Shown here: one piece after another, positions 9,699-18,586 of the stretch | Numbering within the stretch: the stretch's first letter is position 1 | Layout: each line of letters begins with the position of its first letter | Virus record (IMG/VR): IMGVR_UViG_2636415645_000002 | Location: 19,760-83,759 of that record | Origin: a virus | Taxonomy: Duplodnaviria > Caudoviricetes | Length of the DNA: 64,000 bases | Reading direction: 5' to 3' (one strand) | The notes under the pieces: model-generated | What the model was told of the DNA's origin: nothing | The model's input: the letters and a program-made list of their open reading frames with translations, nothing else | The model's database searches: none | Position numbers and translations under genes: made by a program

Positions 9699-10430
9699 TC
9701 AGCTCCTTTCCATCTCCCGAGCCAGGGCACGCCGGAACAGCGGTTCGAACTCGGCCTGGGCCACGCGATTGGCGACCCCGTAGAAGTCAAAGCGCCGTCG
9801 ATACGTCGGGCGCTTGACGAAGATCAGGATGGGCCTGGCACCACTGCCTACCCGCTGCCAAATGCCACGAGGGCCGGTGCCGTTACCAGGCCGACCCACG
9901 AAGTAGTCCGGTGCATTTCGGTTGCGCCGCTGGCTTCGTTTCGTGCGGTTAGCCATGAAGCCCGACACCCGCTCTGCTGCACCGAGGGCGGATAGGATCT
10001 GCACGATCTGGCCGCGACTGATGTTCCCGTTGCCATCCATTCGGGCGCGCCGACCTGGTACTGCATACATGTCTGCTGGCATCAGACCATAATGAATCAG
10101 CGCCTTCTCAAAGCGCTTGTGCGGACGGTTGCCACCTTCCATGTGCACAGGCAAGTACTTGGACGCTGGCACACCTGAGCTGGCTTCGTCCTTGACCCAC
10201 ACACGGGCATACAGCCGTGTCACAGTGGCACTGCGCTTGAAGATGGAGTTAAGTGTCCAGCGTGTGGGGCGATCAAATACCCGCGCCAGTTCGGCTTTCT
10301 CGGCAGCCTGGACGCGCTCAGCCGTGAATGTAAGCGCTTTGGCTGCTGCCGTGGGCACCTTGGACCGGCTGATGCCGCGCATTTCTTTGACGATCTGATC
10401 GATGTTGTCGCGCATCTCAAGCCGCATCAT
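9699..10430 (-). CDS. Basic late-operon phage protein (minor tail Z-like)
   Basis: 243 aa Arg-rich; FDRPTRWTLNS motif. Confidence 0.5.
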   Translation of the reverse strand: MMRLEMRDNIDQIVKEMRGISRSKVPTAAAKALTFTAERVQAAEKAELARVFDRPTRWTLNSIFKRSATVTRLYARVWVKDEASSGVPASKYLPVHMEGGNRPHKRFEKALIHYGLMPADMYAVPGRRARMDGNGNISRGQIVQILSALGAAERVSGFMANRTKRSQRRNRNAPDYFVGRPGNGTGPRGIWQRVGSGARPILIFVKRPTYRRRFDFYGVANRVAQAEFEPLFRRALAREMERS

Positions 10431-10449
10431 TGCATTGGCTCCCGAATGA

Positions 10450-10797
10450 TTACCGCCCTACATCTCCGTTGACTGCTGCTGACTCGCTCAGCCCCAATCG
10501 CTTAGCCGTCCATCGCTCATATAGCCCGATGGCAACGTCTGCGCCCGCCATGGCGGTAAGACACCCAAGGGCGCCAGATGTCCAAATCGACATGCCTGCC
10601 GCGTACAACAGCATTATCGCGGACACCCCGCACACAACACAGGCACCGGATCGCAGGGCCAACCGCCGGATCAAGGCCCAGCCCCGTGCCCCCTCCTTGT
10701 CAGCACGCCACATTTCGCCAGATACACCGCCCACCAGGGCCAGGACAATCACTAACCAGATGGGCATCTCTGCCAGCGCTTGCTGTTCGTTCGTCAT
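10450..10797 (-). CDS. Phage holin
   Basis: From MTNEQQ: three hydrophobic segments; first gene of the late operon. Confidence 0.75.
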   Translation of the reverse strand: MTNEQQALAEMPIWLVIVLALVGGVSGEMWRADKEGARGWALIRRLALRSGACVVCGVSAIMLLYAAGMSIWTSGALGCLTAMAGADVAIGLYERWTAKRLGLSESAAVNGDVGR

Positions 10798-10816
10798 TGC
10801 CTTACCCCATAAACGC

Positions 10817-10841
10817 AAAAACCCGGCGCAATGGCCGGGTT
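10817..10841 (-). terminator. Intrinsic terminator in late leader of prophage 1
   Basis: AACCCGG-loop-CCGGGTT followed by a T-run on the minus strand. Confidence 0.6.
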
Positions 10842-10948
10842 CAGTGTGGTGGTGTGTCCCGCTGCTTGCGGTCGCACCTATCGAAGATGGGTACTTTTTA
10901 CAGGTGGATTTTACTGGCAGCAAGCGGGTTTTAATGCCATAGCGCAAT

Positions 10949-10992
10949 ACGGGTGCAATACAGGTATGACGCAGGTGTAACGCAGGTACAAC
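10949..10992. repeat. Four imperfect tandem 11-bp repeats
   Basis: acgggtgcaat/acaggtatgac/gcaggtgtaac/gcaggtacaac. Confidence 0.7.
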
Positions 10993-11030
10993 GCACTCAA
11001 TCGGCTATCGCTTCTGGTGCACTGTCTTGC

Positions 11031-11300
11031 CTGTCCCACTATTTTGGATCGAAGTAGGACAGCTACAGGTCCCTGACTTCGGGGCTCTGCCCTACTGTCC
11101 TACCTTTTTTACTTTTCTCTTGTGTATAGAGAGAAAGCTAAAAGCACGCGTGCGCGCCATGGGCGCGACTACGTCCCCGCTATGCTCATGTGTGCGTGGG
11201 GCGGGTGAAGGTTGGACGGTAGGACAGCCCAGTAACGGCGCGGCCTGCACCTGTCCAACTGCGCGAAATGCGAGTCGGACAAGGTGGGACAGTAGGACAG
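11031..11300. repeat. GGACAG iteron-like cluster, candidate replication origin
   Basis: Seven exact GGACAG/CTGTCC copies plus near matches around an AT-rich imperfect palindrome. Confidence 0.55.
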
Positions 11301-11324
11301 TGGCACAAGGAGTGGCGCAGAGGG

Positions 11325-11690
11325 TCATGCAGCTTTCCCCATCAGCATCCCCTGGATGAACACATGCGCGTCATGCAACCGCATGTAATAGGTCCTCGAA
11401 CTACAGGCGCAGTGCAACAGCTTCTGCGAGAGGAAGCTTTCGTGGTTGCAGTAGTGCTCCCACACGACCAGGGCAAGACGAGGCGGCAGGTGTTTCCTGA
11501 CGATCAGCTCTATGTCGGCCGATTCATCCAGCAGCACCCGACTACCCCGCGTGCCGCGTATCAACTCACCTTTGCACTCCATCAGCATGGCGATCATGTT
11601 GCCGCCACTCGGCCCGCCAGCACCGTCCGGCACAGGCGAATGCAGATCCTGCGCCCACAGTTTGAGCATCTCATCGATTCGCTTAATCAA
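11325..11690 (-). CDS. Putative late regulator/antiterminator (Q-like)
   Basis: 121 aa, IDEMLKLWA N-terminus and C-terminal HTH-like segment; precedes late operon. Confidence 0.55.
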   Translation of the reverse strand: MIKRIDEMLKLWAQDLHSPVPDGAGGPSGGNMIAMLMECKGELIRGTRGSRVLLDESADIELIVRKHLPPRLALVVWEHYCNHESFLSQKLLHCACSSRTYYMRLHDAHVFIQGMLMGKAA

Positions 11691-13899
11691 AGCAAGGCTC
11701 CTCGATCACCGCCTGCTGCAACGCAGACGCACGCCCCCAGCCCGCAGGCTTTTCATAGGCCCATGGCCGCACGCCGCTTTTTGGCAGCGCGGGCATACGC
11801 CGCTTGCGCCAACCCAACCGGTGCATGATCGCCCCGACCCGCATCTGCTCGGGCTTGCCCCAATGTCCGAAGTCCAGCTTCAGCGCCTGGGTCAGGATCT
11901 CGTTGCCGGTGGCGGTTTCGCCGATCTGCGACTCTTCCATCCAGGCCAGGATCGGCCCTTCCCATTCATCCACCACAAAGCGCTCGTCTTGAGCCTCGGC
12001 GAACATCTTGGATTCGTCCTTGTTCACCCACCAGATATCGCCCGCTTCAAAGCAGAACAGCGCCTCAGCCCATAGCTGATCGCGGATCTCGCGTAATTGC
12101 TCCAGATCGACCTTGTTGCAGAACACCGGCCAGTAGCGGCGGTTGCCCGTGGCGTCCTTGAGGTACTCCTCTTGGTTGGTGGTGCCCACGAAAACACACT
12201 GGCGTGGCACGTCATTCGTTCTGCGGCCGTAGCTCTCTCGGTAGGTGTCGGTGGACGCAGAGAAGAACTGCTTGGCCTTGGTGCTTTCAGCCTTGTTGAA
12301 ACTGTCCAGCTCGCCCAGCTCGACGATCCACTTGCCGCGAATCGCCTGGAAGCTGTCCTTGTCACCGAGGGCAAAGGGGGTATCCATGAACCACTCGCCA
12401 CCGAGCACGCCCATGGCCGTGGACTTACCGGCGCCTTGCCCGCCTTCGAGGATCATCACCGAGTCTGCCTTGCAGCCTGGGCGCATCACACGGGCGACCG
12501 CCGAGATGAGCCAGCGCTTACCGACCTTGGCCGAGTACTCGCTGGCCTGGACACCCAATACGTCGGTTAGCCAGGTTTCAATGCGTGGCACGCGATCCCA
12601 TTCCAGCTTCTCCAGGTACTCACGCACCGGGTGAAACGCATGGTCGTGGGCAACCACGCTGACCGCCTCGATCACATGGGACGCTTTGACCCGCAGGTTG
12701 TACTGCTGCGCGAGCCACTTCATCACTCGCATGTCGTCGATGTCTGCCCAGTCGCCGGCACCGCCGCCAAAGGGCGCAGACCGCAGCTTAACGATCTTGG
12801 AACTGAACACGCTGTAGCCGATGACACCGGCCCAGCGTTCGTCATTGCCCAGGATCAGCTCGACGTTTTGCATGTGCGCAATCAGGGAGCCGTTTTCGGT
12901 GCGGGCCAGTTGGTCTTTCCAACCACCTGCTGCAGGAGGCTTGACCACCGCAAGCACCTGGCGGCGGACGGCCTCCAACCCTTCGGCGACGTGCAGGTCG
13001 TTGAAGTCGGTCCACTTGATCTCGCGGTCACCGGAAAACACCGGGGCGACTACTTGACCGCCGACAACCAGCGCGGCGTTGTTCGCTTTCTCTTCGCCTG
13101 GGTTCCAAGGGTCGCCATTGGGACGCTTAGTTTTCCAGTCGTCATCGCGACAGATGATCAGAGGGCAGCCGGGGAAGCGCTCGCGCATGGCCTTGGAGAC
13201 TGGCAGTAAGTTGCCCGCGTCGAAGGCGATAGCAACAGTGAGCGAAGTCGCCATGTGCAGGCTTGCGCCCGTGGCGTAGCCCTCACACACCAGCACCGGT
13301 TCGCCTGGCTCTGGATGGGGGCCGATCAGGTGGAAAGCGCCCTCTTTTGACATACCGGGCGGCCAGTACTGCTTATCCCGCCCAGTGTCCTCTTGCTTGG
13401 CTGGGAAGATCACCTGCAGGCCGACGATCTGGTCACGGACGTTGCACATGGGCACCAAAAATGCGCCAGTACGTGGCGCATAGCGAACCTTGAAGCCAAC
13501 GATCTGCTTTCGATCCAGATAGGCGCTCTTACCCTTTTCGGGCATGCGCTTGAACAGGCCGGCAGCACGGTTGGCCGCTCGGCGTGATGCGTTGGCCGCG
13601 ATCTCGGCGGCTTTACGCTTGGCATCTTCCTGGCGAGCGCGCATGACTTCGCGCTCCTCGGGGCTCATGCGTCCGGGCTTCACCTTGATCTTTTGGGTAT
13701 CGCCAGAACGCCAGTCGCCGAAGCTGCCGAAGATCAGCGTTTCGTTTTTTTCGGTGCGGTGTTCGTGGATGACGTACCAGCCGTTTTTTTCTTTGCCTTT
13801 GTCCTGGGTGGTTTTGCAGCGGGTGAGCTTGCCGAATACCAAGGGTTGAGCGGGCTCAAGACCATAGTCCGCGAACTGATTGATCACATCATCGAGCAT
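11683..13899 (-). CDS. Toprim primase fused to VapE-like helicase
   Basis: CEGYATG and DFNDL Toprim motifs; GGQGAGKST Walker A; GNRRYWPV. Confidence 0.9.
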   Translation of the reverse strand: MLDDVINQFADYGLEPAQPLVFGKLTRCKTTQDKGKEKNGWYVIHEHRTEKNETLIFGSFGDWRSGDTQKIKVKPGRMSPEEREVMRARQEDAKRKAAEIAANASRRAANRAAGLFKRMPEKGKSAYLDRKQIVGFKVRYAPRTGAFLVPMCNVRDQIVGLQVIFPAKQEDTGRDKQYWPPGMSKEGAFHLIGPHPEPGEPVLVCEGYATGASLHMATSLTVAIAFDAGNLLPVSKAMRERFPGCPLIICRDDDWKTKRPNGDPWNPGEEKANNAALVVGGQVVAPVFSGDREIKWTDFNDLHVAEGLEAVRRQVLAVVKPPAAGGWKDQLARTENGSLIAHMQNVELILGNDERWAGVIGYSVFSSKIVKLRSAPFGGGAGDWADIDDMRVMKWLAQQYNLRVKASHVIEAVSVVAHDHAFHPVREYLEKLEWDRVPRIETWLTDVLGVQASEYSAKVGKRWLISAVARVMRPGCKADSVMILEGGQGAGKSTAMGVLGGEWFMDTPFALGDKDSFQAIRGKWIVELGELDSFNKAESTKAKQFFSASTDTYRESYGRRTNDVPRQCVFVGTTNQEEYLKDATGNRRYWPVFCNKVDLEQLREIRDQLWAEALFCFEAGDIWWVNKDESKMFAEAQDERFVVDEWEGPILAWMEESQIGETATGNEILTQALKLDFGHWGKPEQMRVGAIMHRLGWRKRRMPALPKSGVRPWAYEKPAGWGRASALQQAVIEEPCFD

Positions 13900-14116
13900 A
13901 ACGGGCAGCCTTCTGATCATCGACTGTCTTGCACTCAATGCAGAGCGTGCAGCCGGGCTGTGCCAAGCGACGGGCCTCGGGGATGGGGCCATCACATTCA
14001 TCACAGAACATCAGCGAATGCTGAGCCGTGTTGGACATCAGCGCCAGGCGTGCAGCGACGGCCTGATCAATGCGCTCTTGCACCAGGTCGTTTGCGAAGT
14101 CAGCGATATCAGCCAC
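13889..14116 (-). CDS. TraR/DksA C4 zinc-finger protein
   Basis: DIADFA...CDECDGPIPEARRLAQPGCTLCIEC. Confidence 0.88.
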   Translation of the reverse strand: MADIADFANDLVQERIDQAVAARLALMSNTAQHSLMFCDECDGPIPEARRLAQPGCTLCIECKTVDDQKAARYAR

Positions 14117-14627
14117 GTTCCACCCCACAAGTCGTCTGGTTGACGTAGCGGGCGCGGTTGTACATGCCCAATAACCCCTGAATGCCACGAAACACCAACT
14201 GGCGTATCTCAGCCAGCTCACGGTCATCGACCTTGCCGTCGCCAATGTGCTTGGCCCAGGTTTCGGACAAATCGGCGACCTGCCGGAAAAACATGGCGAT
14301 ACCCGTAGTCAGGGTCTCTGGCATGTCGTTGGTGTACGCCTCAGCCAGTTCCTGCCAGATCGTGTCGCCAACAAGGGCGTGCACTGCATCGAGAATGCGG
14401 CGGTCCTTGGTCAGTTCGAGGATCTCGCCGAACTCCTGGATGTTGACGGTGTGCGAGGGATGGGTGGGAGACAACTTGTGTTGCAGCGTGGTGGCATTGC
14501 GGCCGGTGGTGGCGGCAATTGCTGCGGCACCGCCGGGATAGTCCCGTGCGGCGTGGTACAGGGCTAATTCGAGCGTCAGTACTTCCTTTTGCGCTCGATC
14601 AACACAGCTTAAAGCTACTCGGCTCAT
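14109..14627 (-). CDS. Phage regulatory CII-family protein
   Basis: YPGGAAAIA...TLQHKLSP motif; position after cro. Confidence 0.75.
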   Translation of the reverse strand: MSRVALSCVDRAQKEVLTLELALYHAARDYPGGAAAIAATTGRNATTLQHKLSPTHPSHTVNIQEFGEILELTKDRRILDAVHALVGDTIWQELAEAYTNDMPETLTTGIAMFFRQVADLSETWAKHIGDGKVDDRELAEIRQLVFRGIQGLLGMYNRARYVNQTTCGVERG

Positions 14628-14927
14628 GGCATTAATCCTACTAAGTTGCCAGTGCCCCGCGACGTGTAGTGGTGATACATTTGCCGCGTGGCTTGAAAGG
14701 GCCCAAACGCCGGCTAGATCTAGGGATCGAAACCGGCACCGTGCCGAGGCGAACAATCCGTTGCTCACCTCTGGCGCAACAGCTGCCTAATCTGTGGTGG
14801 AAAAGGCAGCAACCCAAGACATCCGTGTCTTGGCAGCGCGATAAAGGGAGGTGGTTTGCATGTGGTGTGCCCTCCTACCTTCGTCGCGACCCGACAGCAC
14901 TGTGGTGGTGTGTGCCGGGAGGAACTG

Positions 14928-14953
14928 GGCGGCCCTTGGGTCGCCTTTTTTCT
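14928..14953 (+). terminator. Plus-strand intrinsic terminator, antisense to the cro operon
   Basis: GGCGGCCC-TT-GGGTCGCC-TTTTTT. Confidence 0.6.
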
Positions 14954-14955
14954 AT

Positions 14956-15216
14956 CTACGCTGCAGCTTTTTGCGGGGCCGATGCGTTGAGCAACCAGGC
15001 AGCATCAAACGCGTTGCCCTTTTGCTCAGCGGCGGCCGCTAAGAGTTTTGCGTAGCGGGTTTCACCGGTGTAATCGGTGCGGGGAAGGCTGGCAGCCAAG
15101 CGCCATTTATTGAGTGCCTGGTAACTCCTGTCACATACCTTGGCGGCGGCTCCGATGCCGCCTACTGCTTCAAATGCGAACGCGATGGCGTTCGGAAAAT
15201 CTGCGGGGTCCAACAT
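14956..15216 (-). CDS. Cro-like repressor
   Basis: Small HTH protein divergent from cI. Confidence 0.75.
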   Translation of the reverse strand: MLDPADFPNAIAFAFEAVGGIGAAAKVCDRSYQALNKWRLAASLPRTDYTGETRYAKLLAAAAEQKGNAFDAAWLLNASAPQKAAA

Positions 15217-15230
15217 GGCAACCTCCATTT

Positions 15231-15303
15231 ATCAACTCGCGGTTGATATTAACATCAACTGACTATTGCGCAAGCCCTGTGAGAGTATCAACTCATGGTT
15301 GAT
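15231..15303. promoter_or_regulatory. Prophage 1 OR operators (ATCAAC-N5-GTTGAT)
   Basis: Palindromes at 15231-15247 and 15287-15303, degenerate copy at ~15254. Confidence 0.75.
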
Positions 15304-16020
15304 AAGAATGAGTTAAGGGCAGCTTTCACGGCGCGCCTACACGAAGCACTCGACGATGCCGGTGTACGCACCCGTGGGCGTGGGGTGGATATTCATAAGC
15401 ATTTGGTGAAGGTTGGGGCTGAAAAAAGCACTCAAGCCATCAGTAAGTGGCTCAATGGTGAATCCATTCCCGAGGCAGACAGCATGGTTGTGCTGTGTTC
15501 ATGGCTGAAGGTGCGAAGGGAGTGGCTGGAGTATGGGGTGCTGCCAAAACAGCAAACCGGCGACAGTAATGTCCGTCAGCTCGGCGCTGCGGGCGAAAGT
15601 AATGTCCGTGAGGTAACTCGGCAGTTTGGAAAGGTCCCGCTGATTTCTTGGGTGCAGGCAGGAGCGTGGTGCGAGTCGAACTTTGAGCAACATGACGGCG
15701 AATCGTGGCTATCTTGCCCCGTGCCTATAAGTGAAAGTGGTTATGCGCTGAGAGTGCTTGGGGACTCAATGACGAATCCTGGGCCAGGTCGTAGCTACCC
15801 TACTGGTTGTATAATTTTCGTAGATCCTGAGGCTGAAACAAAAACCGGTGATCGGGTTATCGCACGCGTACCTCGAACCAACGAGGCCACCTTTAAGGTG
15901 TTTGTAGAAGACGCGGGGCGTCAGTTTTTAAGACCTATCAATCCTCAATACCCAATAATCGATATCACTGAAGAAACGCATATATGCGGAAAAGTGGTAG
16001 GATCATTCATCCCTGAATGA
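15295..16020 (+). CDS. CI-like repressor (HTH + S24 peptidase)
   Basis: VPLISWVQAG cleavage site, GDSM serine, TFK lysine. Confidence 0.93.
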   Translation: MVDKNELRAAFTARLHEALDDAGVRTRGRGVDIHKHLVKVGAEKSTQAISKWLNGESIPEADSMVVLCSWLKVRREWLEYGVLPKQQTGDSNVRQLGAAGESNVREVTRQFGKVPLISWVQAGAWCESNFEQHDGESWLSCPVPISESGYALRVLGDSMTNPGPGRSYPTGCIIFVDPEAETKTGDRVIARVPRTNEATFKVFVEDAGRQFLRPINPQYPIIDITEETHICGKVVGSFIPE

Positions 16021-16041
16021 TCCTACACTCACCACAGCTAG

Positions 16042-16272
16042 TTACGATCGTCCACACAAAACGCAACGACTATCGCGTGGCCCTAGATTAATCATAGTCT
16101 CGTTGATAGCACTGCCCAATGCTTCTAATGAAATCGTTTCATTATTACTTTCGCTATGATATTCCAAAATCTCTTTAATAAATGCCATCTTTTCTTTGGA
16201 AGTCATTTGCAAATAAGCATTTTTAGCTGACACAACTTTAGGGTACATAATTAAACTCCTAGAAATTCCCAC
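16042..16272 (-). CDS. Hypothetical AT-rich moron protein
   Basis: ORF downstream of CxxC protein, ends in CVLC; start uncertain. Confidence 0.45.
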   Translation of the reverse strand: MGISRSLIMYPKVVSAKNAYLQMTSKEKMAFIKEILEYHSESNNETISLEALGSAINETMINLGPRDSRCVLCGRS

Positions 16273-16813
16273 ACGTATCGCAGTTACCGGGTTTCATTGT
16301 CAACGGTTTGATCCCGCAAACCACACACGTTTCCCTATGCTGATAGAGAGACATGCGCATTCCGTAGCGAATGTCCGCGTCAGTGACTGACTGCGTCAGA
16401 TCAGCCTGCTCTTGTCGTAGCTCTTCCGCTAACAACTCGCTAAATCTTTCTTCAGCGTTTTGAGGTGGCATTTCCCCCAATGTTTTCCAAGCTCCAGACA
16501 TTTTCAGATTATTTTGCATGGAGCCAATAGCATACGCATATTTGCTATCCCACTGTGCAACCAACGTCCAGAGAGACAGAGCTAACTGAATAGTCATCAA
16601 TATCCCCGCCGGGATAAAAACATACGCTAAAAACCCAACGCTAAACGCTAAAGCTCCGGCACCTACGACAAGTGGCACAACGAAACCAAGGTACGTAATA
16701 ATGTTTCTATAGAAGGATATTTTATCCGAACGTCTTTTAAAAATTCTAGACGTCCCATAAGCATCCAATTCTTTATTGTGGCATCGTTCTTTGAAGTCCA
16801 AATAACCTCCCAT
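16259..16813 (-). CDS. Mobilome CxxCx(11)CxxC protein, two TM helices
   Basis: CVVC-GIKPLTMKPGN-CDTC at C-terminus; two hydrophobic helices; AT-rich. Confidence 0.8.
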   Translation of the reverse strand: MGGYLDFKERCHNKELDAYGTSRIFKRRSDKISFYRNIITYLGFVVPLVVGAGALAFSVGFLAYVFIPAGILMTIQLALSLWTLVAQWDSKYAYAIGSMQNNLKMSGAWKTLGEMPPQNAEERFSELLAEELRQEQADLTQSVTDADIRYGMRMSLYQHRETCVVCGIKPLTMKPGNCDTCGNF

Positions 16814-16930
16814 ATTTATATGCACGTCCCTATCAAAACTCTACTGAAAATCCCAGTGAAAAAGCAGAGGCCCAGCATAGTATCATTATGCTACCACTAA
16901 GTAGATGAAACGACCCCTAACCAAAATATT

Positions 16931-16972
16931 AGCAACCTATGGTTGACATTAAATCAATCAATGGTTGATATT
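16931..16972 (+). promoter_or_regulatory. pL-like promoter with two operators
   Basis: TTGACA at 16943; operator copies 16931-16947 and 16953-16969. Confidence 0.7.
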
Positions 16973-17007
16973 TGTCTCACTCTTCCACCACAGAGCGAGG
17001 CAATACC

Positions 17008-17184
17008 ATGCACACCACAGCTACCCTGCACGTCCACCCGGCCGCTGCTAACCCCTCCCGCATCTTTGAAATCCGCCGCCTGGCGCAAGACCTCGGCTGC
17101 AAATTCATCATGTCCAAACCTAAGCCGAAAGAACGCAACGCGCCCTACCCGTTCGATCCGAACGGCGGAGGGCACGCGGCATGA
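17008..17184 (+). CDS. Small early protein
   Basis: GAGG RBS; ATGA overlap with next gene. Confidence 0.55.
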   Translation: MHTTATLHVHPAAANPSRIFEIRRLAQDLGCKFIMSKPKPKERNAPYPFDPNGGGHAA

Positions 17185-17762
17185 GCAAGTACAAAATCGA
17201 CAATCGCACCCTGACCCTGCTCAAGGCCCAGGTACACCTAACCGAAACCTTCAACCACCTACTGCGTGCCGAAGTTCACCGGGAGGCCCTAGCCTTCCGC
17301 CTGAAAGTTGAGCACCGCAAAGCCGACACACACTTCACTGTTGAGCTGGGAAGCGAACGCCACACGCTGACCCTGACCAACAGCAAAAAGATGCACCTTA
17401 AGCTTGCGGACTTCATCGAGGAGATCGTCAACGGGCCAGCCAGTCCAAGCGATCCGTCGTCAGTGCCGCACGCTGACCGCCGCTACGGCGTCTTCGAAAT
17501 TGAACACAAGCAGCGTGTGTTCGACCTGGTGCAAACCGGCGGCGCGCTGAGCCTCGATATGGGTTTTGAGCAACCTATCAACCTGGCAATCCATCGCAAC
17601 AAAACCCGAACGGGCGTCACCACCATCATGAGCATCGGCGTCAAGAAGCCATTCAGCAAGTGCTTCACGGTGTGCGGCAGTGACGTGGAGATCTACTCCA
17701 TGGTGGCCGAATCCATCACTCACCTGGCAGCCGTGGCAACTCCCGCCGCGCATGCAGCCTAG
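17181..17762 (+). CDS. Hypothetical early protein
   Basis: 193 aa ORF in early operon. Confidence 0.7.
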   Translation: MSKYKIDNRTLTLLKAQVHLTETFNHLLRAEVHREALAFRLKVEHRKADTHFTVELGSERHTLTLTNSKKMHLKLADFIEEIVNGPASPSDPSSVPHADRRYGVFEIEHKQRVFDLVQTGGALSLDMGFEQPINLAIHRNKTRTGVTTIMSIGVKKPFSKCFTVCGSDVEIYSMVAESITHLAAVATPAAHAA

Positions 17763-17771
17763 GAGGTCGCG

Positions 17772-18056
17772 ATGGAACGTAGCCTGGAAAAGGCCGCCAA
17801 GTACTTCGGCCTCACCCGCCCCAAACTGATCGCGCTGATGCGTGACAAGGGCTTGCTCTCTGACCGCAACCTCCCGGCGTTTCCTGTACGTGATCGGGAA
17901 TATCTGCGGATCAAGAACGGCAACTGGTACCACGAGACGGCCGGAATGCAATACAGCCAGTCGACGAAGGTCCGGCAAGCCGGCATGCCCTGGCTGGCAA
18001 GTCAGCTGGGCCTCGAACTGCCAGCCATTCCGGCAGACAACCGTGACGTGGCCTAG
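17772..18056 (+). CDS. Antirepressor KilAC-domain protein
   Basis: AAKYFGL...STKVRQAGMPWL pattern; GGAGG RBS. Confidence 0.7.
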   Translation: MERSLEKAAKYFGLTRPKLIALMRDKGLLSDRNLPAFPVRDREYLRIKNGNWYHETAGMQYSQSTKVRQAGMPWLASQLGLELPAIPADNRDVA

Positions 18057-18219
18057 GGAGTACGCCCGCCAGATCGTCGCCATGCACACACGCGAGGAGC
18101 GCAATGCCGCGCTCCTCGAAGTGCCGGAGCATCTGCGGGAGCTGACCAAACGCCACTGCCTGAATGCCTGGAACCACCCATCACGACTCAAACGCAAGGA
18201 GGCCGCCATCCATGAGTAA
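18043..18219 (+). CDS. Small hypothetical protein
   Basis: WPREYARQI...ALLEVPEHLR; overlaps both neighbours. Confidence 0.5.
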   Translation: MTWPREYARQIVAMHTREERNAALLEVPEHLRELTKRHCLNAWNHPSRLKRKEAAIHE

Positions 18220-18538
18220 CAACAATCAAACACCGCTACGACTGCAACCCGCGCCGGATAGCGCAACCGTCGAGATGCTGCACCGACTCTTCGGCGACGT
18301 GCTTATCCCCCTGGAAAAGCTGCGCGTGCATTACTTCAAGAACCTCAACGAAAAGACTTTTACTGAGGCGATCAACAGCGGCCGTATTCAGCTGCCGGTG
18401 ACCACCCTGGATCACAGCGTCAAGGCGTTGAGGTATGCCCACATCAAGCATGTCGCGGCACTGATTGATATCCGCGCTTACAGGGCGGATGAGGACATGC
18501 CGCGACCACAAACTGATTCAACCGAGCCAGAGCAGTAA
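18212..18538 (+). CDS. Pyocin activator PrtN-family protein
   Basis: GDVLIPLEKLRVHYF...GRIQLPV...HVAALID. Confidence 0.75.
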   Translation: MSNNNQTPLRLQPAPDSATVEMLHRLFGDVLIPLEKLRVHYFKNLNEKTFTEAINSGRIQLPVTTLDHSVKALRYAHIKHVAALIDIRAYRADEDMPRPQTDSTEPEQ

Positions 18539-18586
18539 CACCAACGGCTGCCACCACCAGCCAACAAACCACCAGGAGCACACCAC

